Assembly (NCBI GenBank): GCA_964560005.1
Contig: CAZLKB010000003.1
Location: forward strand, 174,951 to 238,950
Source of the DNA: an uncultured Gammaproteobacteria bacterium
GTDB taxonomy: Bacteria > Patescibacteriota > Patescibacteriia > Patescibacteriales > GWC2-42-12
Length of the DNA stretch: 64,000 bases
Direction of reading: 5' to 3'
The translations under genes and the position numbers were made by a program. Positions 1 to 11,044 of the stretch are shown one piece after another. The notes under the pieces were generated by a model. That model worked only from the letters and a program-made list of their open reading frames with translations. It had not been told where the DNA came from and ran no database searches. The first letter of the stretch is position 1; every line of letters starts with the position of its first letter.

Positions 1-693
1 ACCGGCGGCGACGAATCGGCTTTATTCGCCGCCGAATTGTTCCGTCTCTACGCCAGATTTGCCGAAAGGCAAGGCGCCAAACTGCAAATTCTTTCCGCCA
101 ACCGCATCGGCATCGGCGGCTATAAAGAAGTGATCTTTTCTATCAGCGGAAAAAATATTTACGGCAATCTAAAGTATGAAGCCGGGACGCATCGAGTCCA
201 AAGAGTACCGACAACGGAAAAAGCCGGCCGGGTTCATACCAGCGCCGTTACCGTAGCGGTTATGCCCGAAGCGGAAGAAATTGATCTGGAAATCCGTCCG
301 CAAGACATTAAAATTGATACTTTTTGCTCTTCCGGACCGGGCGGGCAAAGTGTAAACACCACATACTCGGCTATTAGAATCACCCACCTGCCAACCGGCT
401 TGGTAGTCACCTGCCAAAACGAAAAATCCCAACATCAAAACAAAGAGCAAGCCATGCAGATATTGCGTTCCAGGCTGTTAGCTAAGATGGAAGAGGAAAA
501 ACGCGCCAAAGAGTCGGCCCAAAGAAAACAGCAAATCGGTTCCGGCGACAGAAGCGACAAAATCCGCACTTATAATTTCCCCCAAGATCGCTTTACCGAC
601 CACCGCATTAAGCAAAATTGGCACGGTTTAACCAGAATTATGGACGGAGATATCGGAGAAATTATTGAAGCGTTAAAAAAGGCCGCCAAATAA
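1..693 (+). CDS. prfA: Peptide chain release factor 1, C-terminal part (5' end outside window)
   Basis: Frame open from base 1; PxT-type tripeptide (RVQRVPTTE) and GGQ motif ([12 protein letters not shown]); followed directly by prmC. Confidence 0.93.
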   Translation, partial: TGGDESALFAAELFRLYARFAERQGAKLQILSANRIGIGGYKEVIFSISGKNIYGNLKYEAGTHRVQRVPTTEKAGRVHTSAVTVAVMPEAEEIDLEIRPQDIKIDTFCSSGPGGQSVNTTYSAIRITHLPTGLVVTCQNEKSQHQNKEQAMQILRSRLLAKMEEEKRAKESAQRKQQIGSGDRSDKIRTYNFPQDRFTDHRIKQNWHGLTRIMDGDIGEIIEALKKAAK

Positions 694-698
694 AAATC

Positions 699-1631
699 AT
701 GACTATAGACCAAGCTCTAAAACTTGCCGCCGAAAAATTAGGCGCTAAACATATTAATCTTCCGCGCTTAGAGGCGGAAATTTTATTATCCGGCATTCTA
801 AAAAAACCGATTGAATTCTTGCTGGTTCATGGAGAAATTAAATTAACTCCTAAGGCAAACTCCAGATATCAACAACTGTTAAAAAAGCGGCTTAAAGGCG
901 AACCAATCGCTTATTTAACCGGCCACAAAGAATTCTTCGGACTGGACTTTATGGTGAATAAGAATGTTTTAATCCCCCGCCCCGAAACTGAGTTAATGGT
1001 GGAAGAAGCGCTAAGGCTCATAGCTCATAACTCACAGCTCGTAACTTTTATCGATATCGGTACGGGCAGTGGTTGTATAATTATAAGCTTAGTCAAAAAT
1101 TTTATTTCCAAATTTCTAACTTCCCTGCCTACCCGGAAAGCAGAAGATCCCCAATTTCTAGCGTCAGATATATCATTAAAAGCTTTGGCTATCGCTAAAA
1201 AAAATGCTCGTTCTCATTATGTTTATAAACAAATAAAATTTATCCAGGGCGATTTGTTAACTCCTGTTATTCATGATTCATTATTCATGATTCATAGTTC
1301 TCTTATCATTCTCGCCAATCTCCCCTATATCCGTAAAACTTGGAAAAATAATTGTTCAGCGGATACAATCGGTCTTAATTTTGAACCAAAAATTGCGCTG
1401 TTTACCGGCAAACGAGGCCTTGAACTGTATGAAAAATTGTTTAAACAAATAAGCATATTATGCGTTATGCGTTACGCGTTACGCGACATCACGGTCATGT
1501 TAGAATTTGACCCTAGGCAGGCGAAGATGATGAAAAAGTTGATCAAGCGGGAACTGCCTCAAGCGAAAATCCAAATAAAAAAAGACCTGGCCGGTCTTGA
1601 TCGTTTTGCGATTCTACAAATTAATCTCTAA
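699..1631 (+). CDS. prmC: Release-factor glutamine methyltransferase (HemK/PrmC family) with repeat-derived insertions
   Basis: SAM motif IDIGTGSGC; catalytic tetrapeptide present as NLPY (canonical NPPY); position after prfA. Confidence 0.87.
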   Translation: MTIDQALKLAAEKLGAKHINLPRLEAEILLSGILKKPIEFLLVHGEIKLTPKANSRYQQLLKKRLKGEPIAYLTGHKEFFGLDFMVNKNVLIPRPETELMVEEALRLIAHNSQLVTFIDIGTGSGCIIISLVKNFISKFLTSLPTRKAEDPQFLASDISLKALAIAKKNARSHYVYKQIKFIQGDLLTPVIHDSLFMIHSSLIILANLPYIRKTWKNNCSADTIGLNFEPKIALFTGKRGLELYEKLFKQISILCVMRYALRDITVMLEFDPRQAKMMKKLIKRELPQAKIQIKKDLAGLDRFAILQINL

Positions 1632-2107
1632 TTATTGGTAGCTATATTTATTCCAGATTTACCGGCCCTAGAGTTTGATTCCAAAAAATAGCTTAGTTTA
1701 AAATTATTACTTTTGTCGGAATAATAAAAATAACAAAACCCTTCTTGCCCGACACTAATAGCGCCGTTTGACTGTATTGGCTCCGACATCGGCCAAAGCG
1801 GATCGGTCGGCAATTCCGGCAATACTTTAGCGGCTACCAGCTCGGCGCCAACGCCGGAGGCGGCCTGCAAGCACTCGCCGGTTGAGAACGGATAGCCGCT
1901 AAGAGAATTGCTAAAATATTGAAGCAAGGCTTGATTAATCTTAGCTATGCTTTGCGCCCTGACCGAGTCTCTGGCGCGCATTCTTGAAATATTTAGAGCG
2001 GCCGCCGAAAAGACGATCACTAGGCCGATAACTAATATAACCGCCAAATATTTAGCTAAGGCGAACTTGCCCTGGTTATTTAATTTTAAGCCAAATTTTG
2101 ACTTCAT
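1628..2107 (-). CDS. Type IV pilin-like small membrane-anchored protein with degenerate N-terminus
   Basis: N-terminal hydrophobic helix then RARDSVRAQSIAKINQALLQY, the pattern found after the helix of type IV pilins; no G/FTLxE cleavage motif. Confidence 0.4.
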   Translation of the reverse strand: MKSKFGLKLNNQGKFALAKYLAVILVIGLVIVFSAAALNISRMRARDSVRAQSIAKINQALLQYFSNSLSGYPFSTGECLQAASGVGAELVAAKVLPELPTDPLWPMSEPIQSNGAISVGQEGFCYFYYSDKSNNFKLSYFLESNSRAGKSGINIATNN

Positions 2108-2216
2108 AGCAAGCTGTTATTTTTCACCAAGAATAGATTGATCACATTTTTTTTATTAACCTCAGGCCGAAAAATCCCGTCTAAACTTAAATGATATCAA
2201 CATTATAAAAATAAAC

Positions 2217-2250
2217 AAAACCTCCCCTATGAATTTTAGCGGGAGGTTTT
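2217..2250 (-). terminator. Stem-loop terminator after rplY
   Basis: aaaacctcccc / gggaggtttt stem; T-run follows on the - strand. Confidence 0.6.
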
Positions 2251-2271
2251 GTTATACAATTCAAATAATAA

Positions 2272-2973
2272 CTATTTATTGGTTTCTGCGGGCTTCTTTT
2301 CGGCCTTAGCTTCTTTCCCCTGAGCTTCTTTCTCCGGGGCTGTTTTATCCTGACCCGCTAAAGCGGCTTCGCCTTCAACCGGCGCGCCTTCAACCGGTTT
2401 AGGCGCTTCCACTTCAATCTTAGTCTCAACCACGCCGACCACAGCTTCGTTGGTAGCGCTGGCTAGCTCCACGCCCTTAGGCATAATCAAGTCATGTAAT
2501 CTGATAAATTGGTTGAAACTTTCTAATTTGGAAATATCAACTTCAATATGGCTGACCAAGTCTCCGGGCAAGCAGCTGACCTGGACCGTATCCATGTTTT
2601 TTACCAAAGTCCCGCCTAAATCTTTCACCGCTTTCGCCTCGCCGATAAAACTTAAAGGAATTTCAGCAATGATCTTTTTAGCCATATCCACCTGGTAGAA
2701 GTCAATATGAATAATATTATCGGTAATGCCGTCCCGTTGGACATCCTTTACGATAACCTTGGTCGGATTTTCCGCGCCAATGGATAAATCAACCAAATTA
2801 AATTCACCGGCTATCTGAAAGGCTTTTTCAAAATCATGCTTCTTAACTTTAATATTTTTATTGGCCAAACCGGAGCCGTAAATAACCGCCGGAATAAAGC
2901 CGGTACCTCTGATTTTTTTAGCCTTACCGTCGGCTTCACCAATCAACAAGGCCTTTAACTGTACTTTTGTCAT
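2272..2973 (-). CDS. rplY: Ribosomal protein L25/Ctc with acidic/Lys-rich C-terminal tail
   Basis: N-terminus KIRGTGFIPAVIYGSG and overall L25/Ctc-like layout. Confidence 0.9.
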   Translation of the reverse strand: MTKVQLKALLIGEADGKAKKIRGTGFIPAVIYGSGLANKNIKVKKHDFEKAFQIAGEFNLVDLSIGAENPTKVIVKDVQRDGITDNIIHIDFYQVDMAKKIIAEIPLSFIGEAKAVKDLGGTLVKNMDTVQVSCLPGDLVSHIEVDISKLESFNQFIRLHDLIMPKGVELASATNEAVVGVVETKIEVEAPKPVEGAPVEGEAALAGQDKTAPEKEAQGKEAKAEKKPAETNK

Positions 2974-3107
2974 ATAATAACGAATTTAAGGCGAATTATA
3001 AACGGATAATACACGAATTAAACTGAACTATAGAAACTTTATACAAATTATTATAAATTCTCTATAATTCGCTACAATTCGAGATTAATTGGCATTTAAC
3101 TCGCTTT
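2974..3107. repeat. AT-rich word dyad (CGAATT word family)
   Basis: cgaatt/aattcg words in opposite orientation in the two halves of the spacer. Confidence 0.55.
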
Positions 3108-4214
3108 TTAGTAATTTATTTTAGATCTTATAATGATGCTTTCCATCACCCCGACCAGCATTAAACTGGACAATAAGCCGCTGCCGCCATAGCTGACCAA
3201 GGGCAAAGATATGCCCACGACCGGCAAAATACCGAGATTCATACCTATATTAATAAACATTTCAATAAAAATCAAGCTGACCGAGCCCAAAATGAAAAAA
3301 ACTCCGAAATCATTGTTGATTCTTTTTAGGTGATAAATAGACCGATAAAAAAATATACCAAAGAATAATAAAATAAGCAAGACCCCGATAAAACCCAGCT
3401 CTTCGGCAATGACGGCAAAAATAAAATCAGTTTGAGCTTCGGGCAAAAACTTAAGCTGCGATTGCGACCCGAACCCGAGGCCGCGGCCGGCTAGTCCGCC
3501 GGCGCCAACCGCGATAATCGCCTGTGAAACATTATAGCCTTGATCCAGGTCATTAAACGATGGATTCAAAAAGGTGTTTATTCTTTCTTTCTGATAATCC
3601 TGAAACACAAAGTACCAAGAACCGGTAAAAATAACCGCTATGGCTAAAAAAATCATCAAAAAATATTTTTTACTGAAACCAACCAGCGCCACCATGGCCA
3701 GCCATAATAAAAATAGAACAAAGGCCGAACCGAAATCCGGTTGCGCCAGCACCAGAACGATAAATAACAAAACTCCGCTGCCGGAAACCAAGAGATGTTT
3801 AAACTCTTTAATTTTAAGCGAAATTGAAGAAAAATATTTTGCCAAAAATAAGACCAAAATAAATTTTATCAATTCAACCGGCTGGAGGTTGAAACCGCCC
3901 AGATTATACCAACCCCTGGTGCCGCGGTTCACTTGGCCGAAAATTAAAACTCCGACTAATAAAATAAAACCGATGATATAAAAATACCTATGATAACTTC
4001 TTAAATTATTATAATCAAAAAAAGCAAACAAAAAAAGCAAAACCATGCCTAAAACGATAAAAAGGATTTGCTTTTTAAAATTTAGCAGGTCTAACTGCGA
4101 ACGCCCCAGCGCTACGCTATAAATTTCCGCTAAACCGAAGCAGACCAATAAAACCACCGGGGCGAATAGGATCCAGTCAAAATTTTTTAAATATGAAACT
4201 AATTTATTAAACAT
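3108..4214 (-). CDS. SEDS-family peptidoglycan glycosyltransferase (FtsW/RodA/SpoVE)
   Basis: About 10 TM segments; C-terminal LPxxGxxLPLxSYGGSxLL-like motif (GISLPLVSYGGSGLLSS). Confidence 0.88.
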   Translation of the reverse strand: MFNKLVSYLKNFDWILFAPVVLLVCFGLAEIYSVALGRSQLDLLNFKKQILFIVLGMVLLFLFAFFDYNNLRSYHRYFYIIGFILLVGVLIFGQVNRGTRGWYNLGGFNLQPVELIKFILVLFLAKYFSSISLKIKEFKHLLVSGSGVLLFIVLVLAQPDFGSAFVLFLLWLAMVALVGFSKKYFLMIFLAIAVIFTGSWYFVFQDYQKERINTFLNPSFNDLDQGYNVSQAIIAVGAGGLAGRGLGFGSQSQLKFLPEAQTDFIFAVIAEELGFIGVLLILLFFGIFFYRSIYHLKRINNDFGVFFILGSVSLIFIEMFINIGMNLGILPVVGISLPLVSYGGSGLLSSLMLVGVMESIIIRSKINY

Positions 4215-4337
4215 TAATCTAAATTACCAATGACTAATGACAAATGTCAAATCAATGTCAAATGACAAATTACAAATTTGCTACGCTTACGCTGAAAATT
4301 ATTTTGTCATTGGAAATTTGTCATTTGTCATTTTAAT
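4215..4337. repeat. AT-rich word dyad (AATGACAAAT / ATTTGTCATT family)
   Basis: Left half has aatgacaaatg words, right half their complements; the 15-mer gtcatttgtcatttt (4320-4334) recurs inside rsmI at 51071-51085. Confidence 0.7.
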
Positions 4338-5303
4338 CTACTTTTTTTCCCCCACCCCTCCTTCGTAAGGAATATAAATATCATCTTTCATAATATTAAT
4401 TTCGGGAATAACTTTTACCGAATCAACCCAGCCGATCGCCCCCGGCCAACTGATTTCAATAAATCTTTTTTCGCCGGACATAAAATCGTTTAAAGTATAA
4501 TGGTTTACATTTACCAGCTCGCCGCCGCCGTAAAGCAGAATCGCGAAGCCGATATCCCAATAATTATAAGCCGTATGATTAGTCGCGTTGAAACTCAGCT
4601 GGTTTAAATTTAACTTTTCGGATAATGGGCTTGAATTCGAGGGCGTGAACTTAATATCAGCGCTTTCAATATTTAAATGCTCCTGATAATATTGATTCCA
4701 ATCGGAAATTTTATGCTGATCAATCCTCTGCCAGCTGATGTTTTCCATAATCAGCTGGGCTTGATCCGGCTCGTAAGTAAAATCTTGAGCCAGGGAAAAG
4801 AAATATTTAGTTTCTCCGGGCAGTATAAAACCCTTGGCTTTCGGCGTCTGAAGCTCGGCGGCAATAAAATAATAATCAAACTCCACCCACCATTTCTGAT
4901 TCTCGTTGGTCAACTGGGCGTAGAGATCATATTTTTTATCAGTTGATCTCAAAATGCCGATCGGTGCGATAGACAACGGCTTGGCGCTAATTTGTAAAAT
5001 ATAATCATGGCCGATGCTGTTGGTTTCAACTAATTGTTTCACTAATATACTGTCTTCGTTCATCCCGCGGGCTAAATAGTAAGCAAAGCCATAAATAGAA
5101 TAAGTCCAAGAAACCACGCCGACTAAAATTAAAAAACCATAGAACAATTTTCTGAATAATTGCTTATGTTCAACATACCATAAGCCGATTTCCAGCTGTT
5201 TGGTAGTCACTCCCTCGGGTCCGCTATAATTTTTCAGCTTGGCTTCAATCTCTCTTTGTTTAATTTGTTCTTGATTTTGATTAATACTTTGTTGGTTATC
5301 CAT
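4338..5303 (-). CDS. Hypothetical membrane protein
   Basis: 321-aa ORF, polar N-terminus, TM segment(s), large C-terminal domain; no motif recognised. Confidence 0.6.
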   Translation of the reverse strand: MDNQQSINQNQEQIKQREIEAKLKNYSGPEGVTTKQLEIGLWYVEHKQLFRKLFYGFLILVGVVSWTYSIYGFAYYLARGMNEDSILVKQLVETNSIGHDYILQISAKPLSIAPIGILRSTDKKYDLYAQLTNENQKWWVEFDYYFIAAELQTPKAKGFILPGETKYFFSLAQDFTYEPDQAQLIMENISWQRIDQHKISDWNQYYQEHLNIESADIKFTPSNSSPLSEKLNLNQLSFNATNHTAYNYWDIGFAILLYGGGELVNVNHYTLNDFMSGEKRFIEISWPGAIGWVDSVKVIPEINIMKDDIYIPYEGGVGEKK

Positions 5304-5384
5304 GTTTTTATTTTAACATAAACCATCCCGATATAGCAAACAACCAATTCAGTTTATTTATCATAATATCAGGAAATTTTCCCC

Positions 5385-5413
5385 TTGCCAGTAACTCCAT
5401 TTTTTGCTAAAAT
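5385..5413 (+). promoter_or_regulatory. Candidate sigma70-type promoter for gyrB
   Basis: TTGCCA - 17 nt - TAAAAT. Confidence 0.45.
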
Positions 5414-5439
5414 TATAGTATAAGAAAGAATAAAAACAC

Positions 5440-7575
<2,136 letters not shown>

Positions 7576-7581
7576 CATATC

Positions 7582-7608
7582 TGTCATCGCGGGCTTGACC
7601 CGCGATCC
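7582..7608. repeat. TGTCAT-type hairpin element
   Basis: tgtcatcgcgggcttgacccgcgatcc; stem atcgcggg/cccgcgat. Confidence 0.8.
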
Positions 7609-7632
7609 ATTTCCATAATTTACACAAACAAA

Positions 7633-7678
7633 ATGAAGGCGAGGAAATATTTCCTCGCCTTCATTTTTCCTTTTATTG
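7633..7678 (+). terminator. gyrB rho-independent terminator
   Basis: atgaaggcgagg / cctcgccttcat stem followed by T-run. Confidence 0.8.
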
Positions 7679-7704
7679 ACAAATGAAATAATTAATGTTA
7701 AATA
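7676..7704 (+). promoter_or_regulatory. Sigma70-type promoter of the 7.7-8.1 kb cassette
   Basis: TTGACA - 17 nt - TAAATA. Confidence 0.6.
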
Positions 7705-7714
7705 TTTATTGCAA

Positions 7715-7752
7715 GAATGCATTGTGCGTTCTAAAACGGAATGCGTGCATTC
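7715..7752 (+). promoter_or_regulatory. 5' leader hairpin
   Basis: gaatgcattgtgcgttc ... gaatgcgtgcattc pair with G-U tolerance; covers the first in-frame ATG (7741). Confidence 0.45.
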
Positions 7753-7773
7753 AAGCAAGAAAGAAAGAGTGCT

Positions 7774-8067
7774 ATGGCCGATACAACAAAACTGGCTGGT
7801 ACATTCGAAGCGTGGAGAGGTATTGTTGGAATACCGCCCGAACATTTAGGCGGCGCAATTGTGCGTTGCCAAGAGCTCGGGTTACAACCAAAGACGTGCG
7901 GGTATCAGGACGAGAGGGTTCTTGTTTCTGTTACAATACCCTGTAGCGTCTGCCAAAGTCTGGTTCAAGACTTTACCCTAAAGTGGCTAAGGCCATTCCA
8001 TGCCGCCCTCTATCACGGGGCAAAGGTGTCTCTAATCTGTCCTCCTGACAATTTAACGACGCCATAA
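7774..8067 (+). CDS. Orphan 97-aa protein with 5 Cys (includes CSVC); could instead be a structured RNA
   Basis: ORF between own promoter and own terminator; purine-rich aagaaagaaagag before ATG; no family recognised. Confidence 0.4.
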   Translation: MADTTKLAGTFEAWRGIVGIPPEHLGGAIVRCQELGLQPKTCGYQDERVLVSVTIPCSVCQSLVQDFTLKWLRPFHAALYHGAKVSLICPPDNLTTP

Positions 8068-8091
8068 GTTCCATGATTTTTTGTCAACCAT

Positions 8092-8124
8092 GCCCCGAGT
8101 AGAAAACGAAAGGGGCTTTTTTTT
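8092..8124 (+). terminator. Rho-independent terminator of the 7.7-8.1 kb cassette
   Basis: gcccc ... ggggc stem followed by T8. Confidence 0.75.
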
Positions 8125-8133
8125 CCAAAATTA

Positions 8134-9951
8134 TTATTTTCTATTTTTTATCTTCTCTTTTACTTCTTTAATAAATTCTTCTTTACCAATTTCTCTTGTA
8201 GTCTTCTCTCCCCTATCCCTAACTGCCAATTTCTCGGAGTTCATTTCCCTATCCCCGACTACAAGCATATATGGCACTTTTTCGGCCACGGCTTTTCTGA
8301 TTTTATTGCCCACGGTCTCGTCCGTTTCATCAACTTCCACTCTGATATCTCCTTGCTTGAATTCACCAGCTAATTTTTTACAAAATTCCACATGAGCCGC
8401 GCCCACGGAAACGATTTTCACCTGCACGGGCGACAGCCAAACCGGAAAAGCTCCGGCGTAATGTTCAATCAGAAAGCCGACGAGGCGCTCATGAACCGAT
8501 AACGGCGCACGATGAATACAGTATGGCATTTTTTCCTTACCGTCCTTATCAACATAGATCAAATTGAATTTCTGCGGTTGGGCGAAGTCAAGTTGGACTG
8601 TGCCTAGCGTATATTCTTTACCGATAACCGAATAAATATTAATATCAATTTTTGGCCCGTAAAAAGCCGCTTCGTTCTCTGCTTCGTAAAAATCGGCTTT
8701 TAATTCTTCTAAAACTTCGCGTAGAATCTGTTCATTTTCTTTCCAAGCCTTAGGCAAGTCTACATACTTGCCGCCCAAATCTTTGGGATCATGCTTTGAT
8801 AAGCGGTATTTAACCGTAGTCACACCGAATAATTTATAGTAATATTCATGGAGCTCGATTACTTCTTTAATTTCTGCTTTAACCTGGTCCGGCCGGACAT
8901 AAATATGTGCATCATTCATCATCATCGCTCTAACCCGGAATAAACCCTGCAGTTCTCCGCTTTTTTCGTAGCGATGGCACATGCCGTACTCAGCCAATTT
9001 AAGCGGCAACTCTCTATAACTGCGCGGCTTACTTGCATAAATGGTGTGATGGAACGGGCAATTCATAGGTTTTAAATAGTACTTTTCTCCGTCTATATCC
9101 ATAGGCGAATACATGCTTTCTTTATAATGAGGCAGATGCCCGCTTTTATAAAATAAATCTTCTTTAGTTATAAGCGGCGTAGAGACTCTTTGATAACCTA
9201 GCGCGGCCTCTTTCTCTTTGGCTAATTTTTCCAGTTCGTCGCGTAAAATTGTACCTTTCGGCAGCCAAATCGGCAACCCGGCGCCTATTTCATCACTAAA
9301 AGTAAAAATATCCAGCTCTTTTCCTAATTTCCTATGATCCCTCTTCTCCGCTTCAGCCATCATTTTTAGATAATTATCCAGCTCCTGCCGGGTTAAAAAA
9401 GCTAAACCATAAATTCTGGTAAGCATTTTATTTTTTTCGTCTCCCCGCCAATAAGCTCCAGCCAGCTTGTCCAATTTCCAGCTGCCGTTTTGCACCTGGC
9501 CGCTGGATTTTAAATGCGGGCCGCGGCATAAATCCTCAAACTCACCCAATTTATAATAACTAACCGTTTTTACCTGTGCTGAGCCAGCCGAAGCATCTCC
9601 GGTCTTCTTCAGGTCTTTTACCAGTTCTAGCTTATACTCTTGCCCGCTCTTTTTTTCTCTAGCTAAAGCTTTGGCGACGGTCATTTCCGATTTTTCAAAC
9701 AACAGGTTGGCCTTAATAATATTTTTCATTTCTTCTTCAATTTTCGGTAGATCGCCGTCGGTAATTTTCTCTTTGCCAAAATCAATATCATAGTAAAAAC
9801 CGTTGTCCACTGCCGGACCGATGGCGAATTTCACCTTTGGGTACAATTTTAAAACCGCCGCGGCCATAATGTGCGACATTGAATGCCGCATTAATTCTAG
9901 CTTGTCCACCGAAGCTTTAGCGGAGGTGGGCTTTTCATTTTTTTCTGGCAT
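8134..9951 (-). CDS. thrS: Threonyl-tRNA synthetase
   Basis: Class II core and editing/second-additional-domain motifs (MRHSMSHIMAAA, FRVRAMMMNDAHIY, anticodon-binding C-terminus). Confidence 0.96.
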   Translation of the reverse strand: MPEKNEKPTSAKASVDKLELMRHSMSHIMAAAVLKLYPKVKFAIGPAVDNGFYYDIDFGKEKITDGDLPKIEEEMKNIIKANLLFEKSEMTVAKALAREKKSGQEYKLELVKDLKKTGDASAGSAQVKTVSYYKLGEFEDLCRGPHLKSSGQVQNGSWKLDKLAGAYWRGDEKNKMLTRIYGLAFLTRQELDNYLKMMAEAEKRDHRKLGKELDIFTFSDEIGAGLPIWLPKGTILRDELEKLAKEKEAALGYQRVSTPLITKEDLFYKSGHLPHYKESMYSPMDIDGEKYYLKPMNCPFHHTIYASKPRSYRELPLKLAEYGMCHRYEKSGELQGLFRVRAMMMNDAHIYVRPDQVKAEIKEVIELHEYYYKLFGVTTVKYRLSKHDPKDLGGKYVDLPKAWKENEQILREVLEELKADFYEAENEAAFYGPKIDINIYSVIGKEYTLGTVQLDFAQPQKFNLIYVDKDGKEKMPYCIHRAPLSVHERLVGFLIEHYAGAFPVWLSPVQVKIVSVGAAHVEFCKKLAGEFKQGDIRVEVDETDETVGNKIRKAVAEKVPYMLVVGDREMNSEKLAVRDRGEKTTREIGKEEFIKEVKEKIKNRK

Positions 9952-9960
9952 ATTATCTTA

Positions 9961-10100
9961 TTGTTATTGCGAGGAATTTTACCCCCTTTAACAAAGGCCC
10001 GTCTCGTCCGCCTCGACTACGCCTTTGAGGCGAGACGGGCCTTGGTCTTGCCGAGGCGGAGGGTTAGGGGGATTTAAATCCTTTTACTTCGCATTGATAA
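9961..10100. repeat. Cluster of GC-rich mini-hairpin repeats in the thrS leader
   Basis: ccccctttaacaaagg; palindrome gcccgtctcg...cgagacgggc (9997-10040); gagggttagggggatttaaatcc. Confidence 0.7.
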
Positions 10101-10101
10101 A

Positions 10102-10653
10102 TTATTTATTTCTTAATTTCTTATAATCGTTTTTTAAAATACTCATTATTATTACATCAATAAATTTTCCATGTTTATAAACCGTTTGTCTATGTAAGCC
10201 TTCTTTTTTAAAGCCGCATTTTTCATAGCATCTTATACCTCTTTTATTAAAAGTAAATACTCCCAACTCTATTCGGTTCAGTTTTAATTTTTTAAATCCA
10301 AATTTTAAAATCGTTCTTAATGTATCCGCGCCTAAACCCTGCCCCCAATAATTTTTATCGCCGATAACGATGCCCCAAGTAGCTTTTAAATTTTTCTTCG
10401 TATCAATTTGTTGTAGTCCTGTGTTACCAATTAGTTCTCCATCTTTTGTATAGATTGCCCACCTGATCGCTGTTTTGTCGCACTTTGACTTATTAATAAA
10501 TTCTATTTCTTTCTTTAATGTCAGGCCGCTATGGTCGCGTCCTAAATACATATCCACTCCAGGGTCCTTAAACCAACGCAAAAAACTTTCCGCCTGGCTT
10601 AAATTTAACGGTTTCAAAATTACTTTTTTCCCTTTTAATATCGGCGCTTTCAT
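10102..10653 (-). CDS. GNAT-family N-acetyltransferase (RimJ/RimL-like)
   Basis: WGQGLGADTLRTILKFGF and NKRGIRCYEKCGFKKEG motifs; start moved to Met51 because residues 1-50 are translated repeat elements. Confidence 0.85.
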   Translation of the reverse strand: MKAPILKGKKVILKPLNLSQAESFLRWFKDPGVDMYLGRDHSGLTLKKEIEFINKSKCDKTAIRWAIYTKDGELIGNTGLQQIDTKKNLKATWGIVIGDKNYWGQGLGADTLRTILKFGFKKLKLNRIELGVFTFNKRGIRCYEKCGFKKEGLHRQTVYKHGKFIDVIIMSILKNDYKKLRNK

Positions 10654-10662
10654 ATATTTTTC

Positions 10663-10689
10663 TGTCATTGCGGGCTTGACCCGCAATCC
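10663..10689. repeat. TGTCAT-type hairpin element
   Basis: tgtcattgcgggcttgacccgcaatcc, near-identical to 7582-7608. Confidence 0.8.
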
Positions 10690-10747
10690 AGGAGTTAGTA
10701 GTACGCTTGTTAGTTTTACATTATCATTGTTAGCGCTACGCCCTCCT

Positions 10748-10802
10748 GGATTCCGGCTTCGCCCCGCAGATGCGGGGCTCTCCTTCGGAGGCCGGAATGA
10801 CA
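10748..10802. repeat. TGTCAT-type element (reverse orientation) with nested CCCCGCAGATGCGGGG hairpin
   Basis: ggattccggc ... gccggaatgaca with ccccgcagatgcgggg inside; the latter recurs at 38653 and as a variant at 10934. Confidence 0.7.
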
Positions 10803-11044
10803 ATTTTATTATTTTATTTAAAAACCCCGTCTCAATGCACTACAAAATAATGCACTGGGACGGGGCTCAAGTCGCCTCGTGGTTCCACCCAATTTCCCCG
10901 CCCAAGGCGGGACACTCTTTTATTCGGCTTAGCCCCGCATCCGCGGGGTCCCGCATAAAACGGGACTATACTTGGTAATATAGCAATCGCCTAAATGTAA
11001 TATTATTATATATTATTCAGACAAAATGTCAATGATTAGTTTGC

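Noticed and set aside
7712-8124. Considered as RNase P RNA, tmRNA or SRP RNA, because it is a roughly 410-nt GC-rich unit with its own promoter and terminator.
   Set aside because: I found none of the hallmarks: no GGAAAGUCC / ACAGAA..GGCUUA-type P4 strands, no tRNA-like GGUUCGA T-arm with a CCA end, no tag reading frame ending in Ala-Ala-stop, and no SRP GGAA-loop domain. Identity is left open between an orphan CDS and an unknown RNA.
10475-10978. 167-aa + strand ORF, plus ORFs 42175-42543 and 42312-42596 that contain peptides such as SFPRRRESRIY.
   Set aside because: These are translations of TGTCAT-type and GC-rich repeat elements and lie antisense to real genes. They are typical repeat-derived pseudo-ORFs.
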